From: Saccharolobus sp. E5-1-F
GTDB taxonomy: Archaea > Thermoproteota > Thermoprotei_A > Sulfolobales > Sulfolobaceae
Assembly: GCF_009601705.1 (NCBI RefSeq)
Contig: NZ_CP045687.1
Coordinates: 95,527 to 127,526, forward strand
Length of the DNA stretch: 32,000 nucleotides
Reading direction: 5' to 3'
Part shown: piece after piece, positions 21,397 to 30,844 of the stretch
Layout of the letters: the number at the start of each line of letters is the position of its first letter
Numbering within the stretch: the first letter of the stretch is position 1
Notes under the pieces: model-generated
Told to the model about the DNA's origin: nothing
Seen by the model: only the letters and a program-made list of their open reading frames with translations
The model's database searches: none
Made by a program: the position numbers and the translations under genes

Positions 21397-22549
21397 TAGA
21401 CATAGCTAATAGTTTCATATAGAGATAACCGCCCACAGCTTGTAATATACCTCCTATTTCTAATGGTAATGAATATGAGATATCTAATAAGTAACCACTA
21501 ATACCAGAGCTCATTTGTGACAGCCTTGTCGCCAAACCTTGAAAGCTTGAAGCAGTACCAAAATCTTCAGCAGACACTCCTCTAATATTAACTGCACTCC
21601 TATTTGGTGCTCCAATCCCAGCGTTTAAACCCCTTGCGATATATAATCCAGCCGCTAAAGTCAACCAAGGTGAAAAGGCCATCGCAATTAAGAACACACC
21701 ATTCAGTATCCTAGTTATCGAAGCTACCTTTAATGGGTCAAACCTTATTTTATTCGAAAGCAGTGAACCTATTGCAGTCGTTAAATAAGATATTGTAAAG
21801 AGTAATCCTATTTCGAAAGAAGTAGCATGAAAAGCTAACTTATACCACAATGGGAGGAGTGGAATAGCTATACCTAGTCCGAATCCAGTTATTGAGTTTG
21901 AAACTATAACTTTAGAAATGTATTTTATACTGGACTTTTTCATAATCTTAGAAGTCTTTTTAGGCCTCCTAACCTCTTTAACAAAAAGTAATGATATTGC
22001 TGAAGCTAAGAGTAATGCAAATGATAGGAAATATAGTATTCTATATCCCTCAACTGAATTGCTTATATAGGACCTTATTGAAAGGAGAACACTCCCTCCT
22101 ATTCCAGATAAGGATGAAGCTGACATTAGGAAACTTAGTCTTCTTACCCTTTCCTTTTCATCAATCCAATTACTAGCCACCAATGCAGTTAAACCTGGTG
22201 AAAATACTCCTCTTATACCGCCAGCAGTTCCTCCAACTCCCCCTATTATCAGAGCTATAAAGATTAGAATTCGGTTAATCGAAAGGGCAAGCAGTATTGA
22301 TGCAATTGAAGCCAATATTTCTACAAAGATCAAAACTTTTTTGTAACCAGTCCTGTCACCTATCATACCTAGGGCTAGGTTAAGAGCCGATGAAAATCCT
22401 ATTGCTCCTAAAAATATTATTCCTATAATTTCAAGTTTCACACCAATCTCAGATAAGTATAGTGAGGAGGAGAGAGTTATGTAAATTATTCCTATACTCC
22501 TTAAAATCCTTGATAATAGAAGATAAGCATAGCCATAATCGTCTTGCAA
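21374..22549 (-). CDS. MFS transporter (12-TM)
   Basis: Motif A-like [13 protein letters not shown] and 12 hydrophobic segments. TTG start preceded by GGTGAT SD (minus strand, 22555-22560). Confidence 0.7.
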   Translation of the reverse strand: MQDDYGYAYLLLSRILRSIGIIYITLSSSLYLSEIGVKLEIIGIIFLGAIGFSSALNLALGMIGDRTGYKKVLIFVEILASIASILLALSINRILIFIALIIGGVGGTAGGIRGVFSPGLTALVASNWIDEKERVRRLSFLMSASSLSGIGGSVLLSIRSYISNSVEGYRILYFLSFALLLASAISLLFVKEVRRPKKTSKIMKKSSIKYISKVIVSNSITGFGLGIAIPLLPLWYKLAFHATSFEIGLLFTISYLTTAIGSLLSNKIRFDPLKVASITRILNGVFLIAMAFSPWLTLAAGLYIARGLNAGIGAPNRSAVNIRGVSAEDFGTASSFQGLATRLSQMSSGISGYLLDISYSLPLEIGGILQAVGGYLYMKLLAMSTNRKVDS

Positions 22550-22660
22550 AAAATCACCTAATATAAAAAAAAGAATAATTTAGTAGTTTAACTATTTTTC
22601 GTTTTATCTTCTATCCCCAGCTAAATTAAACTTAATAAGGAAAACATTGAGTATTAACTT

Positions 22661-23572
22661 ATGCCATTATGTCCTTCATGCGAAATAAGATTTACCACAT
22701 GGCATGATTTAGCCAATCACATGGATTTTATGGCGAACGTTAAGAGTGACAAATCTCATGTAATGTGGCTAAATAGAAATTTATCAATAAACAGAATGGA
22801 GATTGACGAACTAGCATCTGCCTTGGAAAAGTTTTTCTTAACACCCGACAGCTTATCAATGTGGATTAGGACAAGATTTATAGAGAAATTTTATGGAGAT
22901 AATCCTCATCCCTTTATTGTCGCAATGCAAAATCCTACTAAAGGAGTATTATTAGGCTATGTAATTGAACATCAACATTTTTTGAAGAATTGGGTTAAGG
23001 TATTATCATCAATAGTATTCAAAACTGATAAGGACGATGTCTTACAATATGAACTTGAGAATATCTCAGTTGAGTTTATAGGTTATAATGGTAGACCAGC
23101 TCACTACGAGTTATTGCTAAGGATGGGAGAAGCCTTAGGAATGCCGAGAGAGAAAATATTGTCAACACCACCATTACCCTCTACGCAGTCAGCAATAGGA
23201 ACATGGAGGAAAATTGCTGAAAGTAAAACCTGGTTGGAGACGATGGCAGCAATGCATAGTCTCGAATTAGTAGCTGATAGAAGTTTAGTTAAATATGGTG
23301 CTAAATTACACTATTTTAATCCAGAAATACTTTCCTCTGATGAATATCCCCAGGCTGTTAAGGACTTTTTGAGAGAAGGATATGAGGCTGATGTTTCACA
23401 TGCAGGAGAAGCTCTAGAAATGGTTGAGAAATACGCTAAGGAAATTGAAATGAAGGAAAAAGTGCAAGTTGTTGTACTTAAATCATTTGACGCTTTTTCA
23501 AAATATTTATTAGCTAGATTAGAGAGAGGATTTGAAATAGAACCAGGTCTACTAAAGAGGGTGATTAGATGA
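22661..23572 (+). CDS. PqqC/TenA/heme-oxygenase-like (iron-containing redox enzyme family) protein with an N-terminal Cys2-His2-type extension
   Basis: By-eye collinear similarity to PqqC blocks: [70 protein letters not shown] and [13 protein letters not shown] (carboxylate/His pattern). N-terminus [20 protein letters not shown]. Confidence 0.65.
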   Translation: MPLCPSCEIRFTTWHDLANHMDFMANVKSDKSHVMWLNRNLSINRMEIDELASALEKFFLTPDSLSMWIRTRFIEKFYGDNPHPFIVAMQNPTKGVLLGYVIEHQHFLKNWVKVLSSIVFKTDKDDVLQYELENISVEFIGYNGRPAHYELLLRMGEALGMPREKILSTPPLPSTQSAIGTWRKIAESKTWLETMAAMHSLELVADRSLVKYGAKLHYFNPEILSSDEYPQAVKDFLREGYEADVSHAGEALEMVEKYAKEIEMKEKVQVVVLKSFDAFSKYLLARLERGFEIEPGLLKRVIR

Positions 23573-23889
23573 AGATTATTGTTAATGGCAAAGAAGCAGG
23601 TACAAAGGAAAAAGGTTGTGCTCTATGCGGAGGAACTTGGGGAGATTATTATGAGGATATTGATGGCGAGAAGTTGTTCTTCTGTTGTGATATATGTGCA
23701 CTAGAATTCGTAAACATGGCGAATGAGATTAAGAAAAGAACAAATTGGAGGAAAATTGATGAGTTGATAATAAATGGAAATTATTATACGGGAAGGACGT
23801 GCTCGGCTAAGAATGAAAATAAGGAGTATAAATTTTACGTTAAGTTTAATGACGAAGGAGGAGTAGAGACTTTTAAGGAATTAAGCTAA
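23569..23889 (+). CDS. Small TRASH-like Cys4 metal-binding protein (possibly Ta0938 family)
   Basis: C17-x2-C20-x18-C39-C40-x2-C43 (CALCGG...[12 protein letters not shown]), the same architecture as MerH in this window. ATGA start/stop overlap with the upstream gene and GGTGAT SD at 23560-23565. Confidence 0.6.
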   Translation: MKIIVNGKEAGTKEKGCALCGGTWGDYYEDIDGEKLFFCCDICALEFVNMANEIKKRTNWRKIDELIINGNYYTGRTCSAKNENKEYKFYVKFNDEGGVETFKELS

Positions 23890-24153
23890 TGGTTCACATA
23901 AGCCATTTTCTTTTATCCTCATTTTATTTTTAGGTTCACTTAAGGACCTACAGAATAATTTAACATTATCAGATTTGACTAGACAAAGCCAATACTTGTC
24001 TTCAAATCCATCAGGGGTAGCAGTCAATTTCCACGATATTAATAGTTCCACCTCCTCTATATTCTTGGTGTTAAATTCCGTTGAATAACACCTTGGACAT
24101 CTGGCCCTCTTAACCCAAAACGAATAGCCACAATTTTTACACACATAGATCAA
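23881..24153 (-). CDS. DUF35-type Zn-ribbon/OB-fold protein (thiolase-associated)
   Basis: CKNCGYSFWVKRARCPRC rubredoxin-like ribbon, then a beta-rich segment. TTG start in a TTGA overlap with the upstream thiolase-like stop, and GGTGAT SD upstream. Confidence 0.7.
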   Translation of the reverse strand: MIYVCKNCGYSFWVKRARCPRCYSTEFNTKNIEEVELLISWKLTATPDGFEDKYWLCLVKSDNVKLFCRSLSEPKNKMRIKENGLCEPLA

Positions 24154-25280
24154 GGCTCATCACCGTAAACTATTACAGTTGCTGAATTTCCAAAGCCAGC
24201 CATGCTCAGAGATAGACCAACGCTAGCATTTTTAACTTGTCTACTGTCTGCCTCATGCCTAATCTGTAAAAATGCCTCAATTGCTTGAGCTATTCCGCTT
24301 GCCCCTATTGGATGACCTTTAGAATTTAACCCTCCACTGGTGTTTATTGGCATCTCGCCATTAATCTTTGTGTAATCATTATAATATGCCTTCCATCCTT
24401 CTCCTTTCCTTAATAAACCTAACTCCTCAGCCTCAACTATTTCCAAGACTGTAGCCATATCATGAAGTTCAGCAAAATCAACCTTATCAACCTTAGCCAT
24501 TCTCTTGGCAATTAATCCAGCATTTTTCACTGAATTTATTGATAATATATCCTCACGTTCAGACAAATAAGATGTATCCGACGAAGCCCCTATACCTTTT
24601 ATAAATACGGGCTTTTTGGAAAAACTATATGCGTCTTCATCCCTTACCATAACAATTGCTGCTGCTCCATCACTAATTGGGGTAAATTCGTAAAGGGTTA
24701 GTGGATCTGCTATGATAGGTGAATTCAAAACTTCCTCTAAAGACACTACCTTCTGAATATGAGCATATGGATTTAAAGAGCCATTATAGTGATTTTTTAC
24801 TGCCACTAGAGCAAATGCCTCTCTTGGTGCATTATATCTCCTCATATACTCCTTCGTCATCAATCCTGCAAGTGAAGGTAGTGTTAGTCCAGCAACTCTT
24901 TCTTCTGGCGATAATAAGGAGGCTATTACTGATGTAACTTGCTTGGTATTCCTCTCAGACATTTTCTCAACACCTAAGACTAATACGGTTTTGGCAATTT
25001 TAGAATCAAGTAACGATTTAGCAACCAATATTGCAGAACCTCCACTTCCACTAGTATTATCAACCCTAATTGATGGTACGGTGTCAATTGACAAATAGGT
25101 TGTAATTAAGTTATTTATACCAGATAAGGAGTTGAATTCTCCAGAATAGGTGTTAGAAACAACTACAAAATCAATTTCATATTTTCGTACTAATGGTAAC
25201 GCAGCTTCTCCCGCAAGCTCTAACAAGCTCTCCTTTCTCTTCCCAAATCTGGTTAAGTTTGCATCAATAATTGCAACCAT
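24150..25280 (-). CDS. Thiolase-fold (SCP-x/archaeal thiolase-like) protein lacking all cysteines
   Basis: PINTSGGLNSKGHPIGASG and IRVDNTSGSGGSAILVA align by eye to the thiolase C-terminal and nucleophile loops. The 376-aa translation contains no Cys, and Ser77 (AGT, 25050-25052) sits where the nucleophile Cys is expected. Confidence 0.75.
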   Translation of the reverse strand: MVAIIDANLTRFGKRKESLLELAGEAALPLVRKYEIDFVVVSNTYSGEFNSLSGINNLITTYLSIDTVPSIRVDNTSGSGGSAILVAKSLLDSKIAKTVLVLGVEKMSERNTKQVTSVIASLLSPEERVAGLTLPSLAGLMTKEYMRRYNAPREAFALVAVKNHYNGSLNPYAHIQKVVSLEEVLNSPIIADPLTLYEFTPISDGAAAIVMVRDEDAYSFSKKPVFIKGIGASSDTSYLSEREDILSINSVKNAGLIAKRMAKVDKVDFAELHDMATVLEIVEAEELGLLRKGEGWKAYYNDYTKINGEMPINTSGGLNSKGHPIGASGIAQAIEAFLQIRHEADSRQVKNASVGLSLSMAGFGNSATVIVYGDEP

Positions 25281-25411
25281 TCATGTGAGTTTCTACATTT
25301 AAAATATAAAATTAAACTCTCAATAGAGAGAATATAAATCTAGTTTCCTAAACACAAACAGCTATAGTCCTTGTTAGTAAGAAATGTTTATATTTTTTAA
25401 GAAAGAGTGTA

Positions 25412-25738
25412 ATGATAATGGCAATATTCATAGTTCTTTCAAATCTCACAGATAAGGGAGCTGAGACTATAGCAGATAAGCCAGAAAGAATAAAAGAGGT
25501 AAATGAGGAGTTAGCTAAGATAGGAGCTAAGGTAAAGGAGCAATATGTAGTATTTGGTGATATAGATTTTATTAACATAGTAGAAGTGGATAATGTCGAA
25601 ACGTTCCTTAAGGCATTAATTGAGCTGAATAGCAGAGGTACTGTAAGGACAAAGACCTATTTAGCGATTCCCGTTGATGAGGCGATAAAGGCTATTAAGA
25701 CTACACCACCTATTGGTCATCCACATGAAAAGAAATAA
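25412..25738 (+). CDS. GYD-domain protein
   Basis: About 105 aa. (M)AIFIVLSNLTDKGAETI...KVKEQYVVFGDIDFINIVEVDN...TVRTKTY is typical of GYD proteins. The start could be the ATG at 25412 or at 25418, about 26 nt after the A/T box at 25383-25398. Confidence 0.65.
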   Translation: MIMAIFIVLSNLTDKGAETIADKPERIKEVNEELAKIGAKVKEQYVVFGDIDFINIVEVDNVETFLKALIELNSRGTVRTKTYLAIPVDEAIKAIKTTPPIGHPHEKK

Positions 25739-25741
25739 CTT

Positions 25742-26575
25742 TTAAAGGTAATACATTTTTTGTCTCTCGTATTGAGATAAATATAATAATCTCTCTTTTA
25801 GAGACGGATGAGTTCTAAATGAGAGAACACCTTTTTTATCAATAATAGTATTATTTACAATAAATTCCTTAGCCAGCAATATCTGTATTGGGGGGATATA
25901 TCTCAGCATATTAGTAGGGATGCTTCTACTTAAATATCCAATTTTTATCAAAGAACTTTCTAGCCAATAAGTTATCTCAGGATTAATCTTCACTGCAGTT
26001 AAATCAGCTCTCCTTTCTATTTTTCTATGCACGTAAAAAACTAAAGGCAACAGGATGACTAAATATATTATAAGGAAAAATAAGGAAACTAAAGGCAGAT
26101 AATTGATAAGTGTCGCGTAGATTGAATTTATGGAAAATATTGTAAGTAGCATGACTTCTGGATCATAATTCCTTATATGGGCAATTTCATGAGAGAGAAC
26201 TGCTACTAACTCCTCTGGGGTTAGACTCTCATATAATGGTAAAGTAACTGCGATTCCTCGAAAAATTATATTTCCAAAGGCAAAAGCGTTAAGGAAATTA
26301 TCATTTATAGTATAAATTCTGGACACCTTAACGTTAAATTTCTTTGAAAGATCTTCTACCATTAAGGTGATATCTTGAGAAGCTTTCCTCATTTTAAACA
26401 CAAGTATCATTATAATTGGAGAAATGAGGTACCACAAACCAAATACTAGTCCTATTTGAATTAGAAAGAAATAGGGTATGGTTATATTCATGGATGATAC
26501 TACTATGCCAATTACTAAAATAGAGAAGAAGGATGCTAGATAATATTTCCACCAATATGTGGTTATAGAGTGCAC
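25742..26575 (-). CDS. M48-family (HtpX-like) membrane Zn-metalloprotease
   Basis: HEIAH (HExxH) in LSHEIAHIRNYD, a downstream ERRAD block, and flanking TM helices. The GTG start at 26575 is uncertain. Confidence 0.8.
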   Translation of the reverse strand: MHSITTYWWKYYLASFFSILVIGIVVSSMNITIPYFFLIQIGLVFGLWYLISPIIMILVFKMRKASQDITLMVEDLSKKFNVKVSRIYTINDNFLNAFAFGNIIFRGIAVTLPLYESLTPEELVAVLSHEIAHIRNYDPEVMLLTIFSINSIYATLINYLPLVSLFFLIIYLVILLPLVFYVHRKIERRADLTAVKINPEITYWLESSLIKIGYLSRSIPTNMLRYIPPIQILLAKEFIVNNTIIDKKGVLSFRTHPSLKERLLYLSQYERQKMYYL

Positions 26576-26650
26576 ACATATTATTCACTCTAAAAGTTTA
26601 TAAAACGATAAGATAATCAAAGTTATTACCTAGAGAACTAGACTAACATT

Positions 26651-28426
26651 ATGAAACCAGAAGATTACTACTACTCGATCAAATTAATACCTGAAATAAC
26701 TATAGCGAAGGGAAAATTATTTCACGTAGAGACATGGATAGAAGAGGATAAGTACAAATCATCAATTTATTTGAATCTTCATCGGATAACCTTTCAAGGA
26801 AACGAATCATCTCCAAAGTTCCATAACGATAAGCTTTACTTTATAAGAAATGAGGAATCGAAATCATCCTTACTAGAAGCACAACTCTATGGTGAGCCAA
26901 AAATAGTTTTTACATTTTCTGGTAGAATATTGAAATACGACTTCCATAGCAAGGGAATATTAGTAATAGCAGAGGAAAATACAGATAAGACATTACCGTT
27001 TAGAGCTGAGAAGATAAAATATAGGTTTGATAGTAGAGGCTTATTGAGAGCTAGGCAATCACTTTATTTATTCGATGGTAAGGATTTGAGAAAGCTTGTC
27101 AGCGGGGACTTCGACGTTACAGATGTAGCTACAAACGGCAATAGGATTGTAATTTCGGCAACTAAAGATGGAGATGATTATGGATTAGGAAATTTGTATG
27201 AGGTGAACATAGAAACTGGGGAGTTAAACAGAATAACGAAAGAAGATGGAACTGTTCAAGCAATCGCTATGAATAGCGATGGTAAAATAGTATTTCTAGG
27301 ACATAGGAAAGGACTAACTCCATGGGCTTCTCTCGAAATAATTTTGCCAGAAGAAGGAAAGAGTTACATTTGTGGAAAGACTTGCGGAAATAAAGTATTA
27401 ACTGATTTATTTGATGGTGCAAAGGATAAGATAGTATTCGAAAAGGATATAATACTCTCCTTAGGTCAAGAGGGAGGTACGTCGCATATTTATCAAATCT
27501 CTGATAATAAGGTAGATAAGGTAACTAGCGGAAATATAATGGTAAGAGGATTTGATTATAGTGATGACGAACTAGCCTACTTCTATTCTACTCCAGAAAA
27601 ACCCGTAATACTAAAGTATGGAGATATAGAATATGACCCTAATCCTAACGTTAAAGGATACACTCCAGAGAGAATTGTAATAAACTCTAATGGAATGGAA
27701 ATCGAAGGATGGAGTATAATTAGAGATCCTAATAAACCAACAATATTATTTATCCATGGAGGACCGCACATGGCATATGGGTATGGTTATTTCATAGAAT
27801 TCCAGTTCTTCGTAGATAATGGATTTAACGTAATATATGCAAATCCTAGAGGTAGCCAAGGATATGGAGAGAATTTCGCTAAAGCTTGTGTGGGAGATTG
27901 GGGTGGAAGGGATTTCGAGGATCTAATAAACTTCGTGAATACAATTAAGGAAAAGTATGGTTTGAAAGGTAAATTTGGTGTTACAGGTGGTTCTTATGGA
28001 GGTTTTATGACCAATTGGGTAGTAACGAAGACTGATATGTTTTCAGCTGCCATTAGTGAAAGGAGCATATCAAATCTAGTTAGCATGTGTGGGACTAGTG
28101 ATATAGGTTTTTGGTTTAATATTATTGAATCAGGGATCACTGATCCGTGGAGTGCTGAAGGTATAGAGAAATTGATGAGAATTTCTCCTATTTATTATGT
28201 GAAAAGCGTTAAGACACCTACTATGTTAATTCACGGCGAGGAAGATTACAGATGTCCAATTGAACAGGCTGAGCAATTTTATGTCGCATTAAAGATGCAA
28301 GGGGTCCCAACAGTGTTAGTAAGATATCAAGGTGATAGTCATGAACACGCTAGAAGGGGAAAGCCTAAGAATATGATAGACAGACTAAAGACTAAATTAG
28401 AATGGTTTAGTAAATATCTGCTCTAA
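26651..28426 (+). CDS. S9-family serine peptidase (acylaminoacyl-peptidase/prolyl oligopeptidase type)
   Basis: N-terminal beta-propeller-like region plus a C-terminal alpha/beta hydrolase with GVTGGSYGG (GxSxG), LIHGEEDYRCP and GDSHEH. Confidence 0.88.
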   Translation: MKPEDYYYSIKLIPEITIAKGKLFHVETWIEEDKYKSSIYLNLHRITFQGNESSPKFHNDKLYFIRNEESKSSLLEAQLYGEPKIVFTFSGRILKYDFHSKGILVIAEENTDKTLPFRAEKIKYRFDSRGLLRARQSLYLFDGKDLRKLVSGDFDVTDVATNGNRIVISATKDGDDYGLGNLYEVNIETGELNRITKEDGTVQAIAMNSDGKIVFLGHRKGLTPWASLEIILPEEGKSYICGKTCGNKVLTDLFDGAKDKIVFEKDIILSLGQEGGTSHIYQISDNKVDKVTSGNIMVRGFDYSDDELAYFYSTPEKPVILKYGDIEYDPNPNVKGYTPERIVINSNGMEIEGWSIIRDPNKPTILFIHGGPHMAYGYGYFIEFQFFVDNGFNVIYANPRGSQGYGENFAKACVGDWGGRDFEDLINFVNTIKEKYGLKGKFGVTGGSYGGFMTNWVVTKTDMFSAAISERSISNLVSMCGTSDIGFWFNIIESGITDPWSAEGIEKLMRISPIYYVKSVKTPTMLIHGEEDYRCPIEQAEQFYVALKMQGVPTVLVRYQGDSHEHARRGKPKNMIDRLKTKLEWFSKYLL

Positions 28427-28825
28427 TCAATATCTTTTTCCCATTCCTTATTTATGGCTGAGAGAACGTCCCTCAAAGTAACTACGCCTATTATTTTTCC
28501 CGTTTCATTAATTGCTAATAAGTGAGTTATATTTATTTTTCATCATGAAAATAAAGGTATCTATTAAATCCTCCTCTCCGTTTATAGTAATCGCGTTCTT
28601 AATCATAACTTTTGATACGGATTCATTTTGTGAGATCCCTTTTGCAAGTGACCTTAAAATTATACTCCTAGTTATTATTCCTATAATATTATCTCCTTTA
28701 CTATTGTCAACTATAAGAGCGAAATTAACTCCTTTTTTATCCATAAGTTCTAATGCTTTATAAAGGCTAGTATATCGGTCAATTTTTAAGGGTATAGTAT
28801 TATTGAAGACATCCTTAAGTTTCAT
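28423..28825 (-). pseudogene. CBS-pair domain protein interrupted by a +1 frame change
   Basis: Track ORF 28508..28825 ends ...FIFMMKNKYNSLISN*. My translation of the next frame continues (K)INITHLLAINETGKIIGVVTLRDVLSAINKEWEKDID* to a TAG at 28423-28425. That completes a second CBS motif and a normal ~133-aa length. The switch must lie in 28511-28539, and an A5 (T5 forward) run sits at 28536-28540. Confidence 0.75.
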
Positions 28826-28959
28826 AGATTATTTTTCTCTTTCTAAGACTTAACTTTATTTATCATTAACAATGTTTAACAATTACACTTTATAAGAAGA
28901 AAGTTTAAAAGACATATATAAGGAAAGAGACTATCTTGTATAAGAAAAAAATATATAGA

Positions 28960-29327
28960 TTAACTTGAGCCGGCACCACAACCGCAATATCCATATTCAT
29001 CTATCTCAATACCGCATATTGGGCATACGTAACCGGAGCCTTTTACTTCTTGAGCTCTTTTTCCATATAGCAATAGATGGGGATCGAAATACAATTCCCT
29101 TAAATTAGGTAGAGATTTCTCTTCTTCTGCTGTAATTTTTATATTTATAGCCTCCTTAATTCTAAATTTTAAAGTTTTCTTTTCTAAAGCTTTCTTAGCC
29201 AGTTGTTTAGATGAAATTTTCCCCTAATAACTCCGCTGCGATCTATAATTTCTACCTCTTCATCACTTACATGAAGGGCTATCCCCTCAACTTCTTCATC
29301 TTCATGTAATTTCTTAACTTCTTGCAT
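28960..29327 (-). pseudogene. merI: merI-position gene (Cys-rich C-terminus) downstream of merA, split by a frame change
   Basis: Own translation. ATG 29327: MQEVKKLHEDEEVEGIALHVSDEEVEIIDRSGVIRG..., with a stop at 29184. A second frame open from 29223 reads GKISSKQLAKKALEKK...KGSGYVCPICGIEIDEYGYCGCGAGSS* (stop 28960-28962). It has no start codon for the first 50 codons and is absent from the track. The junction is at GGGGAAAATTT (29214-29224 forward). Confidence 0.6.
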
Positions 29328-29447
29328 ATTGCTATTTATACTGTTTATAGTATTTAAACTTATATCTTCATAACTCCAATAGAAATAGACTTGTTTCTAT
29401 ATGAAGAATTTTTCCTTTATCGCTTAATGAATAGAACAACTAATTAT

Positions 29448-29466
29448 ATAAAAAAGAAAATGAAAT
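29448..29466 (-). terminator. Candidate oligo-T terminator or pause just after merA
   Basis: The minus strand reads TTTCATTTTCTTTTTT immediately after the merA stop (29471-29473). Confidence 0.3.
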
Positions 29467-29470
29467 CAAG

Positions 29471-30832
29471 TTAAACACAGCAACTCATTTTAGTAATATC
29501 ACTGGTGAAAGCTAACGCTATTATTCTTAAACTTTCTCCCATTGTAGGAAAGACGTGTATTGTATCAATTAAATCGTCTATTGTAGCCCTAAATTTAATT
29601 GCTAACGCTGCCTCATTTATCACTTCAGCAGCGTATTTACCAAACATGTGAACACCTAAAATATTCCTAAACTTCCTATCTATAACCATCTTTATCAATC
29701 CATAATCTTCCCTTAATATCCTCGCTTTAGGTATATTACTCATCTTAACGACCCTATAGTCTATATCATAACCTTCTTTAATAGCCTCTAACGCAGTAAG
29801 ACCGACTTTAGCTACATTGGGTTCTATAAACACAGCTTGAGGCACACTAATCATATCAATACTTCTTTTTACATTCAGTATTGCGTTTTCTGCTGCGATT
29901 GAACCTTGTCTTCCAGCTAAAGCTTCCAACATAGGACCACCAATTACATCCCCGGCCGCAAACACATTAGGATTTGAGGTTCTTAATTCTTCATTAACTT
30001 TTATGCCTCCCTTATCGTTTAACTCGATCCCCGCTGCGTCTAAATTCAAATCTACATTAGGCTTTCTTCCAGTAGCCAGTAGGATTTCGTCAGCTTCAAC
30101 TTCACCTTTGTCCGTAACTATTATCTTTCCCTCCTTTCCTTTCCTAACCTCCTTAACTCTCACATTCGTAAAAACTGGAATGTTATCAATATCTTCTAAA
30201 TAGTTTTTAACTGCGAGAGAGATTTCCGGTTCCCAATTTGGTAATATTCTTTCGCTCCTTTGAAGAATTATAGTATCAACTCCTAGTCTCTTGTACATTT
30301 GCGCAAACTCTAACCCTAAAGCCCTGCCACCTATAATAGCCAAGGATGATATTGTCTTGTTTGGTGATAAGGCTTCTACATTCGTCCAAAATCCAACTTC
30401 AGTTAAACCCTTAATGTTAGGTATATCTGGAGAAGAACCTGTGGCTATTATAAACTTTTTAGCCTCTATTATCTCCCCATTTACTTTAATTGCATTAGGT
30501 GAAATGAAATGCGCTTTACCGATTTTTAATTTAACATCATATGAATTTATCAGATCCTCGTATTTTTCCTTTCGTAGTGAATTTACGATTTCAGCCTTAT
30601 CTTGAAAGGCTTTGAAAAATTCTGGAAATAACTTTTTTCCTACTATTTTTGAAGAATAATTGTACAACTCACCTATTCTCAACATTCTCTTCGAGGGAAC
30701 GCATCCTACATTAACACAAGTTCCACCTATTTCTCCATAACCTACAACTACTGGCTTTATTCCTAACTCATTTGCTTTTATTAACGCCGCAAATCCAGCT
30801 GCACCATAACCTATGATCACTAAGTCTTCCAT
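29471..30832 (-). CDS. merA: Mercuric reductase (core enzyme, no N-terminal HMA/NmerA domain)
   Basis: FAD fold IIGYGAAGFAA, redox-active GGTCVNVGCVPSK, HVFPTMGE (His-Glu dyad block), and the C-terminal vicinal Cys pair ...KMSCCV diagnostic of MerA within the pyridine nucleotide-disulfide oxidoreductases. Confidence 0.92.
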   Translation of the reverse strand: MEDLVIIGYGAAGFAALIKANELGIKPVVVGYGEIGGTCVNVGCVPSKRMLRIGELYNYSSKIVGKKLFPEFFKAFQDKAEIVNSLRKEKYEDLINSYDVKLKIGKAHFISPNAIKVNGEIIEAKKFIIATGSSPDIPNIKGLTEVGFWTNVEALSPNKTISSLAIIGGRALGLEFAQMYKRLGVDTIILQRSERILPNWEPEISLAVKNYLEDIDNIPVFTNVRVKEVRKGKEGKIIVTDKGEVEADEILLATGRKPNVDLNLDAAGIELNDKGGIKVNEELRTSNPNVFAAGDVIGGPMLEALAGRQGSIAAENAILNVKRSIDMISVPQAVFIEPNVAKVGLTALEAIKEGYDIDYRVVKMSNIPKARILREDYGLIKMVIDRKFRNILGVHMFGKYAAEVINEAALAIKFRATIDDLIDTIHVFPTMGESLRIIALAFTSDITKMSCCV

Positions 30833-30844
30833 TACTATCCCTTT

